From the NCBI GenBank assembly GCA_951406725.2, contig OX597817.1:171554001-171618000 (forward strand): a DNA stretch of 64,000 nucleotides, given 5' to 3'. Under the pieces are notes generated by a model that was not told the origin of the DNA, did not search any database, and saw nothing but the letters and a program-made list of their open reading frames with translations. The translations under genes and the position numbers were made by a program. How positions within the stretch are numbered: position 1 is the first letter of the stretch; each line of letters starts with the position of its first letter. Source of the stretch: Octopus vulgaris (Eukaryota). Below are positions 41,503-55,445 of the stretch, in pieces.

Positions 41503-42393
41503 ATTATTATTATTATTATTATTATTATCATCATCTTCATCATCATTATTATTGTTATTATTATAATATAAATGGATACAAATCCATTAATTAAGTAAAA
41601 TAGGAATTCAATTTAGAATTTTACAAAAATCGACAAATATGCTCTGTAATATGATTGTTGAAATGTCATTGCTTTAAAGCCATTAACGGATTGTGTTTTA
41701 TCTTCTACTTTCCATAGGATGTTATAAAGAAAGAATATCTCAGAATAGTGGAGCAATTGATATTACAATCAGATATCTGGTTTATGGTAAAAATTCTGCT
41801 AACTAGAGATGTCTTTTATATTACACTTCTTTATATCACTACCTGCTATCAATGAGAAATTTTTTCATAATCTGTCATATTTTTCAAAGAAAGAAAAAGT
41901 AGGAGAAGCAAAAATGAAGAAAGAGAGAGAAAAAGAGTAAGTTAGATCATTGATTATTGTGTTACGTATAATTTCTAAGTTTCAGTTATTTATTTTATTT
42001 TTTCTAGAGAAATTAAGAAAAAAAACAACCCCCTCCACCAAAAAAGAAAAAAGCAACTGTCACAGCAAAAAAAATTCCCTTTGAAAACAATACTATCTTC
42101 TTTTTATTATATTGCAAATATAACAGGTTAACAGCTTCACCTAATGTCTAAACTTCTTGGCTTAGAATTTGATAGCAAGACATCCCCACCACTTGCATCC
42201 CACAAAAAGAAATATCCCCACAACTGACACCATGATGATGGCCAACATCTCACCATTATGCCTCAATCATTAAAAAATAAGAATAACCCAAACTGATACA
42301 CAATGTTAACTTCAAAATATATTTGCAACTTATTTTTACATTTAATTACAAAAAATAAAAGAAGCACATTGTATATGTATACATATATATATA

Positions 42394-42448
<55 letters not shown>

Positions 42449-42462
42449 CACACATACATATA

Positions 42463-42848
<386 letters not shown>

Positions 42849-42950
42849 TACTTAAATTTTCCTCGAATGAGGCTTTTACATGCCGAAGACTACTTGGTGT
42901 AATTGATAATTATTCCAAATTAATTAATTTCACCCTTCATTATTACGGAT

Positions 42951-42984
<34 letters not shown>

Positions 42985-43852
42985 GATGGCTTTCTGCTCA
43001 TGGCTGAGGAAGACCATCACTGACCATTGTCCATGCAAAGTGCCAGCAATGCCTGTGCATGAGGTTATTGCACCTGCAGTCAGCTTCACCTGGGTTTGCA
43101 CCCACAGCTTTCTTGTTTGCCATGGCACCCCTCTACTTAATTGAGCATCAGATAGTCACCTGGCTGATGATAGCTCAGCCTAAACTTTTAGGTCCAATAA
43201 GGCTTGCACAGCATCTTGCTGACCCTCTTCTCCTAATTAACATGATCCAGAGACAGCCAAGGTAAGTTATCCAGTGCCAGTATGGGTCACAAGCTTAGGG
43301 ATGTAGAAGTACTGTGACCTCAAGAGCAAGCCTAAGATGTTCAACTCCATTCCCTCTATATCTGATTTTATATCAGAGTGACCTTCTCCTAGAGACATGC
43401 TTTATCAAAAGCTAAGGGATGTCTCTAAGAGCCCATGCTTTAGCTAGATAGTTGTTGAGCCTACACTCGGTTCATAGGTCCTTTTGACAGGTCTTGTAAG
43501 TCCTTTTACCACCATATTTACTTAAAACCAATCCTAGGCCACAGAAGGTCACATGGGAATAATTTGAGAAAAATTCCAATAGGTTTGCTCTGTGAGGGCA
43601 AACCAGCTGAAGAAGCCAAACATTGTTTGATGAGGCTCTTGTCAAAGGATGGCATGCAGCCTTATTTGCTATTGAAGTTGACTGCAACATTTTTTACAAT
43701 CAGTGAGCTGTTTTCTGCAGAACCCAGACAAGTGAAGAAAGCCACCAAAGAGATAGCCATGACAACCGAAACCAGTTCAGGATATCGGCAGTTGACAAGA
43801 AAACATAGATGGAAAATGAAAAATGTTTGTCAGAAGTGGGATCTGAACCTAT

Positions 43853-44080
43853 GCTGGCAGAATCGTTAGCATGCCGGGCGAAATGCTTAGCGGTATTTCG
43901 TCTGCCGTTACGTTCTGAGTTCAAATTCCGCTGAGGTTGACTTTGCCTTTCATCCTTTTGGGGTCGATAAATTAAGTACCACTGATGCACTGGGATCGAT
44001 GTAATCGACTTAATCTGTTTTTCTGTCCTTGTTTGTCCCCTCTATGTTTAGCCCCTTGTGGGCAATAAATAAATAAGAAT
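43853..44080 (+). mobile_element. tRNA-derived SINE family C with Meta-like domain (representative copy)
   Basis: gctggcagaatcgttagc (A box), gagttcaaattcc (B box), then gaggttgactttgcctttcatccttttggggtcgataaattaagtacc, which resembles the Meta-SINE core. Other copies at ~6045, 6278, 14910, 27183, 40893 (+) and ~26490, 26712, 40595, 44103, 46375, 46670, 55450, 55717 (-). Confidence 0.8.
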
Positions 44081-44796
44081 ACTCATGTTCTGGTTAAAGA
44101 TATCTTTTCTACTCTAGGCACAAGGCCCAAATTTTTGGGAAGGGAGCCAGTCGATTATATCGACCCCAGTATGCAACTGGTACTTAATTTATTGACCCCG
44201 GAAGGATAAACAGCAAAGTCAACCTCGGCGGAATTTGAACTCAGAACATAAAGACAAATGAAATACCGCTAAGCATTTTGTCCAATGTGCTAACGTTTCT
44301 GTCAGTTCACTTACTTCTGGTTAAAGATATTATCCTTGAGTCTGGCACTCGACCATTTACTGAATTTTCTGGTATAAAAGTTGAATTTTTCAGACGAAAA
44401 TTTACAGCCAAAGAAAAAAAAGAAACGTAAGTCAATTTATACACCCAGATGACTTTGAAGGACCAATAATTCTATGTGAAATGTGGCAGAGTTTGTAAAG
44501 TTTGTAATGATGTTTGAATGGTTACATAATAAGTTTACACATTATCCTGTAAACTTGTATGCTAGAAATAGAGTAAGTGTAACGATTAAAACTCAACAGG
44601 ATGAAATTACTTTAGTAAAAGCTGCCACTATAATCAAAACGTTCCACCAAAATAAAATGAAAAGAAAATATGAAAAATCATTCCCTGAAATACCATTTTA
44701 CATTTTTACCCCTCTCACTACCACCATAGATAAATTAAAAAATTAAGGATGATGATAATGATGATAGTAATAATCCTTTCTACTATAGGCACTATA

Positions 44797-45135
44797 GTGA
44801 AGTCGCATGGCTCAGTGGTTAGATCATCGAGTTTACGATCATGAGGTTGTGAGTTTGAATCCTGGACCAGGCTGCGTGTTGTGTTCTTGAGCAAGACACT
44901 TTATTTCACGTTGCTCCAGTTCATTCAGCTGTAGGAATGAGTTGCGATGTCACAGGTGCCAAGCTGTATCGGCTCCTTTGCCTTTCCCTTGCATAACATC
45001 AGTGGTGCAGAGAGGGGAGGCCGGTATGCATGGGCGACTGCTGGTCTTCCACAAACAACCTTGCACGGACTTGTGCCTGGGAGGGTAACTTTCTAGGTGC
45101 AATCCCACGGACAGTCATGACTGAAGGGGGTCTCA
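44797..45135 (+). mobile_element. tRNA-derived SINE inserted into a family C SINE with a 12-bp TSD
   Basis: tggctcagtggttaga A box and gagtttgaatcc B box; tactataggcac is present on both sides (~44781 and ~45137). Confidence 0.8.
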
Positions 45136-45339
45136 ATACTATAGGCACAAGGCCTGAAATTTTTGGTGAGGGGGACAGTCGATTGCATCAACCCCAGTAC
45201 GTTACAGGTACTTATTTCATCGACCCTGAAAGGATGGCGGAATGTTAACTTGGAACAGGCAGGCAGACGAAAGGCTGCTGAGCATCATTTCTGATGTATT
45301 AACAGTTCGGCTAGCTCAATAACGATTTAATACATAATT

Positions 45340-45965
45340 TGAAAATCACTTGAAGCAGTTACTCATGTAATAAGGGGATGCTTAAAACTGACCCCAAAGG
45401 GAGTACAAAAAAGAAGGGCATGAAAAAGTGGCTGTGCAAATACACTGGGAGTTGAGCAGGAAGTATGAGTAAGAACGTCCTATCAAATGGTATGAGCACC
45501 AACTTTTACCAGTAGAAGAGAATGATTAGGTGAATCTCACATGGGATATGCTAATATACACATATAAGAAGCAAAGAGATATCCAACGAGATATCACTTT
45601 CCTATGAAAGGTGTCCAAATAATGGACTTTCATTGACATAGCTATACCAGCAGACCAGAATATTGTGAAGAAAGAGAAAGTGAAGAAGTATCAAGACTTA
45701 GCATTGGAAGTGGAAAGCATCCATAAATCATTAAAAGTGAGAGTGATACCTATTGTGATCGGTGCAGTTGGGACCATCTCAAAGATAGCAATATTCTGGC
45801 ATGAAAAGCTGCAAATACCAAACCACATAGGAAGTACACAGTTGGCAGTAATACTTGGAACAGCATGTAGGTTGAGAAAAGTGTTGTGTCTCTAAGCTGC
45901 AGGTAGGAGCTGAGATGTGACATAGATAAATTAAGAGAAGAAAGGAAAACAGAAATAATAATAAT
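45340..45965 (+). mobile_element. Degenerate 3' fragment of an R4/Dong-like non-LTR retrotransposon (CCHC knuckle plus RLE)
   Basis: Interrupted frames give EAVTHVIRGC.KL...HEKVAVQIHWELSRKY...KWYEHQ...TWDM...FIDIAIPADQNIVKKEKVKKYQDLALEV...VIPIVIGAVGTI...QLAVILGTACRLRKVL. Ends in (TAA)n, the known Dong target. Confidence 0.88.
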
Positions 45966-46870
45966 AATAATGATGATGATGATGATGATGATAATTATAA
46001 TAAATGCCCTGATGCAATACCAGGCAGTGGCTCTCATGGTTTCTGATCTTAACTGACTGGAAGTGTTATCATGTACATTGTTTTGTCTTGGTATAAAAGA
46101 TGGGCTACAGCAAATATTCTGCTCAATACCACAGATTTGCTTGCCAGTTGTTTGACCTTAACCAGTTGAGCATGTCCCTTAGTGGCTGACGATATGTGCA
46201 TCTCTGATCATGAGCAGAAGTAGTGGGGGAGCATCATAGCCATGAGTTGAGAGGGATTCTTTGGAGTTTGGATAATTCACCTGTGGAAACAGGGGTGCTT
46301 TGTTCAACATCCTTAAACAACACTTATTCAGGGACCATTTGTGCATAATAATAATAATGATAATAATAATAACATCCTTTCTACTAATGGTACAAGGCCT
46401 GAAATTTTGGTGGAGGGGCATAGTTGATATCATTGACCCTAGCACTCAAATGGTACTTAATTTATCAACTCTTAAAGGATGAAAGGCAAAGTCGACCTTG
46501 GCAGAATTTGAACTCAGAATGTAGCGATGGGCAAAATATCGCTAAGCATTTTGCCCAGCTTGCTAATGATTCTGCCAGCTCACCACCTTAATGATGATGA
46601 TGATGATGATGATGATAATAATGATGATAATAGTAATAATAATAATAATAACAACAACAATAATAATAATTCTTTCTACTAAAGGCACAAGGCCTGAAAT
46701 TTAGAGGGAGGGGACTAATCGATTATATGGACCCCAGTGTATCACTGGTACTTATACCATTGACTCTAAAAACATGAAAAGCAAAGTTGACCTCAGCAGA
46801 ATTTAAATTCAGAATGTAAAGACATATAGAATGCGGCTAAGCATTCTGTCTGGCATGCTAACAATTCTTG

Positions 46871-47005
46871 ATAATAATAATAATGATAATAATAATAATA
46901 ATAATAATAATGATAATAATAATAATAATAATGATAATAATAATGATAATAATAATGATAATAATAATAATAATAATAATAATGATAATAATAATAATAA
47001 TAATG

Positions 47006-47068
<63 letters not shown>
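46871..47068. repeat. (AAT)n/(GAT) microsatellite
   Basis: Direct inspection. Long (TA)n tracts also occur at ~1810-2180, 20350-20630, 35560-35720, 36043-36138, 37065-37275, 42375-42565 and 51316-51592. Confidence 0.95.
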
Positions 47069-47071
<3 letters not shown>

Positions 47072-48090
47072 GCTAATTGCCATCTTCTATAAACAAATAA
47101 TTATCACTGAAAAGACACTAGAATTATTCAATATATCCATTTACAGATATTTGCACAAACCACAAATAAAACCTCCAAATTGATAAGAAGTGAAAATTAT
47201 TTAACAAACTATAGAAATAACCAAATTTAAAGATAATTAGCATCATTAAGTCACTAGCAATATTCAATAAATCTATTTAGAAAAAAAAAAAAAAAAAAAC
47301 ACAAACACAGAAGTGAAAAAATAAACAATAAAAGAAAAGAAAGGAAAACTGGACAAAAACTAAGTCTTTCAATTATTGACTCAATCAATTTTTGCAAACT
47401 ACAGCAAGAAATACACGAGATACAAAATAAATACGTAAACGAATAAACAAAATCAAAACTCCAAATTCCTCGACATCTCACAACACACGTCTCACATACA
47501 ATACAGCAGCAACCATTTTTTTTCTAATTGCCAGCCAATCACAATACAATAGTTTCTTCATTACTGGGTTGATCTTGCTCGGATTGCAAAGTCATACGCA
47601 ATTTTCTATGGCTTTAACGACATCCGATGATCTCCAGTTCTATAGTTGTAGATGTTAGTAGTGGTTCACTTTCAGCACTAGATACCTTAGACAATGTCAC
47701 CAATATGATTCTATACCCCAACACTTTGCGTGTTTCATCTTGGCCATTGTATAATCCTTTAGCATTCAGAATACTCTATTAAATGCAATTCTTATTTATT
47801 TGCATTGTTTTGAGAGTAATCATGCATTATCTCATAGCTTCAAGATTTCAATTATTTACTCTTTTACACTTTTACTTGTTTCAGTCATTTGACTGTGGCC
47901 ATGTGGGAGCACCGCCTTTTAGTCAAGCAAATCGACCCCAGGACTTATTCTTTGTAAGCCTAGTATTTATTCTATCAATCTCGTTTGCTGAACTGCTAAG
48001 TTATGGGGACGTAAACACACCGGCATCGGTTGTCAAGTGATGTTGGGTGGACAACCACAGACACACAAACCTATACACACACATACATAT

Positions 48091-48135
<45 letters not shown>

Positions 48136-48237
48136 GGAGTAAACACATAAATGTGAAACAAGGTGGAAAAAAGAGTACTCAAATACCAGTGGTAGAGTAA
48201 TATGCTTTATTTTAAGCAGCAGAAAATTCAACAAAAT

Positions 48238-48275
48238 CTGTTACTCTGAGTTTCTCGTTGCCGTTCATCAGACAG
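48238..48275 (-). ncRNA. Type I hammerhead ribozyme motif
   Basis: Minus strand CUGU-CUGAUGA-ACG(GCAA)CGA-GAAACUC-A-GAGUA-ACAG: intact core, stem I CUGU/ACAG, GNRA-capped stem II with an A.A mismatch at its base, stem III ACUC/GAGU, GUA cleavage triplet. Confidence 0.75.
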
Positions 48276-49013
48276 TTTTTGCTAGAATGGAACTTATATA
48301 TTAATTCAATCTATACTCTTACAAACGCTACACCTTTAAAAAGAAATGGACTTGTTTGATTGGCCCTTTAGAAAAAACGGTCAATCTTCGAGCGATAAAC
48401 AAAAAGGTCAAAAATATATGTATATATATATAAAAAAAACTTATAAAAATTATAAAATCCGAGGAAAAAACCGAGGAAAAAACCTATTGCCGTTAATGAA
48501 GACAGTGCAAATTAATGCATAGAAATTAAACCTGTTATAAATACTGCAATACATATTTAAGAGATGAGGAATTATGTACATTATTTACATTTGATGGATA
48601 TTTGTCCTCATCTTGTTTGTTGTTAACACAATGTTTAGGCTGATATAACCTCCAGCCTTCTTTCTAATAGTAATTCATATTTAATCTAGTCCCTCTCTTC
48701 ACACCTATCCAGCTTGGTTAAATCTGCTGGAGTAGAATAGCTCTTTGGGTATAGTGCCTAGGGTTATAAGAATACAGAAGCCTTATTACTGTAATGAGGC
48801 AAGAATCATTAATTTCTTAATACTGATCAATTCCAACATAGTGGTTATACCTTAGCCTTTTTCTCATCTGATACTAGCCTACATCTATTTTGTATATTGC
48901 CAGAATCTAGATACAGGCAGAAATAGATTTAAAGATTATAGAGTGTATATCATAGTCAGATTGTGACATTGTGTATAAAACAATTTTCACTTACTGTCTA
49001 TTATATTCTATTA

Positions 49014-49405
49014 CTAGCAGTATCACCCAGCGTTGCTCGGGTTTGTTTCCACCCTTTAGATTGGAATTTTTGAAAAGTAAAAATTTTGCATCATGTAGCT
49101 TGTTATTCTCTTTAAGTGAACATTTTTCTGGTTGAAATACACCGAAAAATGGCGACACAGCAGTAAAAAAATCGTAAAAAAATAGGGATTTTCATAGAAA
49201 AAAGTATATTTTTGATGTAAATAATTTTTGGTGTTAACATGGTCTGATTTTAATTTTTTCTTCTACGGAAGGAAGAGCAAGCCTTCTTCTATCATACTCT
49301 CAATTTTGGTCAACTTGTGCCGCAGGGTCTCGGAGGAGATAGTGTTTAGTTGAAGGCTACCAAACCTGCCATACACAGACAACTTCAGCTTTATATATAG
49401 AGAGA
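49014..49405 (-). mobile_element. Non-autonomous Helitron
   Basis: Minus strand begins A|TCTCTCTATATATAAAG and ends CTAG|T with a subterminal GC-rich hairpin cccgagcaacgctggg. These are the canonical Helitron termini and A^T insertion site. Confidence 0.85.
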
Positions 49406-50576
49406 TTTATTTTACCCCAAAAGGTAAAATAGACCCTTTGTTACACTGTACTGTGCCACAACATATAGGTTAGCTAGAAATAAGCAGAAAATCTAATCAT
49501 ACTATAGCATCTTAAAAATTAGAAGGACACATTAGATAATGTCGGTCTTAAGACATTATAGCTGTAATAAAGAAAAAAATAATGGTTGAATGGTCATGAC
49601 CGGAAAGCTTTTGATAATTGGTCTGCTTGATCAGGACTGACCTAGGGCTAAATTGCAATGTTTTTTTGTTCATCTTCATGATAAAGTATAGACTAAACAC
49701 CTAAGTTTACAAATTATTCAAAAATTCAAAAAGAAAACTAGGCAAAGATATAAAAAAAACTTTATCTTCTTCGTTCACACCAGTGTTTTTTAAAATTCAT
49801 TTTTTTAAAGTAATTCTGTGTTTATAGACCAGAGTTAAAATTTTCTCTCTTTACTCTTTTAGTTGTTTCAGTCATCTGACTGTGGCCATGCTGGAGCACT
49901 GCCTTTAGTCGAGCAAATTCTTATTCTTTGTAAGCCTAGTACTTATTCTATCGGTCTCTTTTGCCGAACCGCTAAGTTACAGGGACGTAAACACACCAGC
50001 ATCGGTTGTCAAGCGGTTGTCAATGCTTCTCTCACTCAATAAATTACTGCATGCATCCATCTATCCATCCATCCATCCATCTGTTTACTTATCTATCTAT
50101 ATAAATATCAATTTGTCCTTAAATCTATCTATCATTCTAGCTAAGTAGCTGTCAGTCTCTCTTTCAGTTATGCCCAGCAGCAGATAACTCCAATTCGCAA
50201 ATACTACCAGCATCACAAGACCCATCCTCATCCAACTGATAAACCAATGAAGCATTTTTTTCACCCCAGGTTGTGTTTCTGTTTTTTAAAAAATTCTCGC
50301 TTTGAACAAACAACCTGATGCTAATAGCAAAAGTTCCTCGTTGGAAGACGAGATTGCTGATAAAACTTCACACATCCTGACCGACCAAGAAGCAGTTACT
50401 GCTCTGTATAGATTTCCTATTTTCAGCAGACAACATCTGAGTGCAGACAGTCTTTGTTTTAAGATCTTCACACCCATTCCCTCTTCTTCTACTCAGCCTG
50501 CGCTTTGTCCTTCATTGATTTTAAATTGGATTAAACAGGACTGACTATAATAATACCAGGATGATGTGAAGGGTCT

Positions 50577-50699
50577 TTCTTCTTCTTCTTCTTTTCTTCT
50601 TCTTTTTCTTCTTCTTCTTCTTCTTCTCCTTCTTCTTCTTCTTCTTCTTCTTCTTCTTCTTCTTCTTCTTCTTCTTCTTCTTCTTCTTCTTCTTCTTCT

Positions 50700-50736
<37 letters not shown>

Positions 50737-50918
50737 TTTCTTCTTCTTCTTCCTCTTCCTCTTCTTCCTTTTCTTCTTCTTCTTCTTCTTCTTCTTCTTC
50801 TCCTTCTTCTCCTTCTTCTTCTTCTTCTTCTTCTTCTTATTATTATTATTATTCATCTGACATGTCGTTCCTCTTCTTTTTCTCCTCCTCCTCCTCCTCC
50901 TCCTCCTCCTCCTCCTCC
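50577..50918. repeat. (CTT)n, (ATT)n and (CCT)n trinucleotide tracts
   Basis: Direct inspection; ~260-bp polypyrimidine (CTT)n. Confidence 0.95.
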
Positions 50919-51338
50919 TATGTCTTTTTTATTCGTATTTTTATCATTACATTATATTTCATCTATATACCTGTATGTAGTTACGACTGTGTGTGTGTGT
51001 GTGTGTATCTGTAAGTAGAGAAGTGTCTCTATGTACAGATGTGTGTATGTGTGCGTGAGCATGCTGATGTGTGTTTGTGTACCTGGTGATGTGCATTAAT
51101 GTGTGGACCTGTAGATGTCTATTTATTAGACATGTGTATGTGTGTGTGTGTGTGTGTGAGTGTGTGTGTAGACGTGTGCATGAGTGAGTATATGAAAGCA
51201 TAATTTAATGGAATTTGGTGAATCAAAATATTCTATTTTGACTATAAATACACACCGTTACATATATTTCCACACAGACATTTATAAATACACCCAGACA
51301 GATATTCACTATAAGATATATGTATATATATATGTATG

Positions 51339-51513
<175 letters not shown>

Positions 51514-51689
51514 TATATATATATTATATATATGTATGTATGTATGTGTGTGTGTGTGCATATATAAATATATGTATATATATATATATATAAGCAAAAT
51601 GCCCAAGTGTATATAGAGTATTTGAACATCTGTTTATGGATATTAAGTTAAAATCTGCTGCAGGTGTATGTATGTGTGTATGAAGATAT

Positions 51690-51744
<55 letters not shown>

Positions 51745-52189
51745 TGCGCATGTGCGAGTTTAAATGTGTTTTCACTTACTCACTTGATGGGATATTTTGT
51801 TCCAACTAGTTCAATTCAGCCTGCTTAGCCCTATGAGTTTGAAATATGGAAATACATACCAGGTGTATCTGTGAAGAGATCAATAGCTGTGATCATTCGT
51901 TGATACATGTGTCTGATAGTTTGGAATAAATAGTAAATTGACTACTTAGCAGCTTACAAGACAGTTGTAGCATACTCTGCGTCTTTCTATGTCAACTTTT
52001 GAAAATTGGAGAAATCTGTGAAACCATTTAAGTCTTTAAGAATTTTTGAATAAAAGCTCTAAAAGAGGCCCAGTGCATTTGCAGCTTTTTTTTTTATATT
52101 TCTACCCATGTGGAATAAAATAACTTTGTTATATTTATACATATATATATATCTCAAGCATAAATTAAAAACAGAACACAAAGGATATC

Positions 52190-52280
52190 GCGGTACACGT
52201 GTTTCAAGGTTTATAAACAATCTGTTATTACATCAGTATATTATTGGTATAAAAGATGGTTTAAAGCTCTCTTCAGCTGC
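52190..52280 (-). ncRNA. Type I hammerhead motif with long stem II
   Basis: Minus strand GCAG-CUGAAGA-GAGCUUUAAACC...GUUUAUAAACCUU-GAAACACGUGUA-CCGC: intact core, palindromic ACACGUGU stem III, stem I with one A.C mismatch. Confidence 0.65.
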
Positions 52281-52941
52281 AAACATTGTTAGTCCAAAGA
52301 TTACATCACAAAATAAAAGGTACATGTAGTATTACCCATTATAATAGTTTTATCATATCTCCTTGAAAAAGTATATATATATATATATACATCCGAACAT
52401 GGCCGTAGCCAGTACCGCATTGACGCCTTCGTGCTGGTGGCACGTAACAAACACCATCCGAGCGTGGCCGTTCGCCAGCCTCGTCTGGCACCTGTGTTGG
52501 TGGCACATAAAAAGCACCCACTACACTCATGGAGTGGTTGGCGTTAGGAAGGGCATCCAGCTGTAGAAACACTGCCAGATCTGACTGGCCTGGTGCAGCC
52601 TTCGGGCTTCCCAGACACCAGTTGAACCGTCCAACCCATGCTAGCATGGAAAGTGGACGTTAAACGATGATGATGATGATACACACACATACATATATTT
52701 TGGGCTTTGTGCCTAGAGTAGCAAAGAACATATGGATTAAACAATCTAGTGATACTCATGAAAAAGCTCCTTTAATGGCTCAGGCTACAAACCACACAGT
52801 AAACCAAAACAAAACAAAGGGTTGTAATATATAGACCGATGTAGTTGAAATCCAGTAAATCTAATCAGTAATGATTATTTCATTGGGAATGTATAAAATA
52901 TAAAGAAAGAGAGGAGGCACAAGATGAAAAAGTTGTATGGA

Positions 52942-53352
52942 TACTCTTTACGCTCTTTTACTCTTTTACTTCTTTCAGTCATTTGACTGCAGCCATGCTG
53001 GAGCACCGCCTTTAGTCGAGCAAATCGACCCCGGGACTTATTCTTTGTAAGCCCAGTACTTATTCTATCGGTCTCTTTTGCCGAACCGCTAAGTAACGGG
53101 GACGTAAACACACCAGCATCGGTTGTCAAGCAATGCTAGGGGGACAAACACAGACACACAAACATATACACACACACCCATATATATATACATACATACG
53201 ACAGGCTTCTTTCAGTTTCTGTCTACCAAATCCACTCATAAGGCATTGGTCAGCCTGGGGCTATAGCAGAAGACACTTGCCCAAGATGCCACGCAGTGGG
53301 ACTGAACCCCGGAACCCTGTGGTTGGTAAGCAAGCAACTTACCACACAGCCG
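52942..53352 (-). mobile_element. SINE family A
   Basis: Reverse complement of the consensus, slightly 5'-truncated. Confidence 0.9.
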
Positions 53353-53412
53353 TCAGTTAGTGTAAAAAACTTTTCATCTTACTCTTCTTCTTTCTTTATA
53401 TTATACATATAT

Positions 53413-53444
<32 letters not shown>

Positions 53445-53482
53445 TAATCAAAGTGTACAGTATTATATATCCATTTTGGTCA

Positions 53483-53565
53483 ATCATACCAATCAGTTTG
53501 GCACTAAGGGTTCTACGAAGTGTTAAGTAACAGTCTGATTATGTAACCCTGCGCTCATCAGAGGT
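53483..53565 (-). ncRNA. Degenerate hammerhead motif
   Basis: Minus strand ACCU-CUGAUGA-GCGCAGGGUU...AACCCUUAGUGC-CAAACUGAUUGGUA-UGAU. Stem II is evident, G12 is replaced by C, and stem III looks like a CpG-decayed ACCGAUCGGU palindrome. Confidence 0.5.
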
Positions 53566-54672
53566 AGGTGTTATGGAATGATATATAGCAACTGCTCTCT
53601 ATTGTTGGAGGTGAATAGACACATCCGATTTGTTGTTGCTATATTTTTATATATATGTATATATCTATATCTATCTATCTATCTATATATATATATATAT
53701 GATGGGCTTCCACACAGTTTCCATCTCTCAAATTCATTTTGGTTGACTCAAGGCTATAGTAGAAGACACGTGCCTAATGTGGAATACAGTTGGACTGAAC
53801 CCAAAACAGCATATTTATAAGCAAGCTTCTTAACCACACAACTATGCTCGTGATTTACTATCACATGCATTGTGAGTTCAAGTCTTCTAGAAGTATTTTA
53901 TTTTTATGGGTCTGGGGTAGAATACAACATTCTCTCAGAATTAATGAGAAAAGGTCAATGGGTCTGATCAATCATGATACATATTATTGATCATGAAAGG
54001 TCAAGTAACTGAGTTTAGCTATTTGCTACATGATGATGTGAGATAAATTTACCTTACACATGCGAGTACACACACATGCACAAACATACTTGCATACACA
54101 TACACAAATTCATAGCGATACACATATTCATACACAAATGAATATACACATGCATGCACACATGAATACGCACACATACACAAACACTTGTGAACTTACA
54201 TGCACAAAAAGTTGTGAACGCACATATACATATGCACAAGCATGCATACACACGCATGCATACAAACATGTATATATACATATATACACATGCGCAAGAA
54301 TGCATACACACGAATACATACAAACATGCATGTATACACATACAGTTACACACACATATGCATATACACACATATACACATTTATTTTGAAATGTAACAA
54401 ACATTCAATTGCGCTTCAAGACAGAACACTTAACGTGTCCTAGCTAATTATTTTGGGTTTATCATCAAAAACATTCAGGCACGCAGGCACTCACACATAC
54501 CACACACACATGCACATTTATGTGCACATTTATGTGCACATGTTTTTGTGCATGTATATGTGGTAGTAAAAAGATGTCAATTGGCATTCATCCATGACTT
54601 GTCAGCTCTCTTCACCTATAATCCAGGTAAATGAAGCTATAATGAATGAGGTATGCAAAATAAAAATGGACT

Positions 54673-55056
54673 GGAAGCACTCCGTCGGTTACGATGACGA
54701 GGGTTCCGGTTGATCCGAATCAACGGAACAGCCTGCTCGTGAAATTAACGTGTAAGTGGCTGAGCACTCCACAGACACGTGTACCCTTAACGTAGTTCTC
54801 GGGGAGATTCAGTGTGACACAGAGAGTGACAAGGCCGGCCCTTTGAAATACAGGTACAACAGAAACAGGAAGTAAGAGTGGGAGAAAGTTGTGGTAAAAG
54901 AGTACAACAGGGATCACCACCATCCCTGCCGGAGCCTCGTGGAGCTTTTAGGTGTTTTTCGCTCAATAAACACTCACAACGCCCGGTCTGGGAATCGAAA
55001 CCGCGATCCTATGACCGCGAGTCCGCTGCCCTAACCACTGGGCCATTGCGCCTCCA
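54673..55056 (-). mobile_element. tRNA-derived SINE, CpG-rich (young) copy
   Basis: Minus strand ggaggcgcaatggcccagtggttagggcagcggactcgcggtcataggatcgcggtttcgattccc has a tRNA-like A/B-box head. Confidence 0.85.
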
Positions 55057-55072
55057 CAAAAAAATAAAAATA

Positions 55073-55445
55073 ATAACAAGGGTATGCAGAGAGTGTAAAT
55101 CTCTGCTAAGGCAACACCAACATCCTCTCAACAATTAACTGGAGATGATTTTTAAAATGAGAATATCTGAAATAATCTCGACTGCACTCACAAAGGAGAA
55201 TAGAAAAGTGAACATGACCACTCCCAAAAATTAGGTAATAAAACAGGAAAAATAATACAGAATTCTTGTGCAGTATCAGATCAATCCCAAAATCTAATCA
55301 TTTCATGCTAGTCATGATGTCAAACAACTCTGAAAGTTTCACCAAATCCATTCAGTGGTTCTTGAGATATATTGTTCATGGACAAACAAAGAAACAAACA
55401 TGACTGAAAACAATACCTCCGCCTTCACTAGGGTGGAGGTAATAA
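55073..55445. mobile_element. Helentron-type non-autonomous element (HINE/DINE-like)
   Basis: Starts aacaag...aaatctctgctaaggc, contains an (acaa)n patch and ends in the terminal stem-loop tacctccgcc-ttcacta-gggtggaggta. Confidence 0.6.

Noticed and set aside
48622-48662. Additional hammerhead remnant (minus: gaaGGCTG...CAGCC-taaacattgtgt)
   Set aside because: Stem II is visible but the CUGA core is missing and GAAA is altered; not supportable as a ribozyme.
50302-50544. 80-aa ORF with ordinary composition
   Set aside because: Non-ATG start, no recognisable homology and no supported splice structure.
54985-55056. tRNA gene call for SINE heads
   Set aside because: The A/B boxes continue into SINE bodies and lack a complete acceptor stem.
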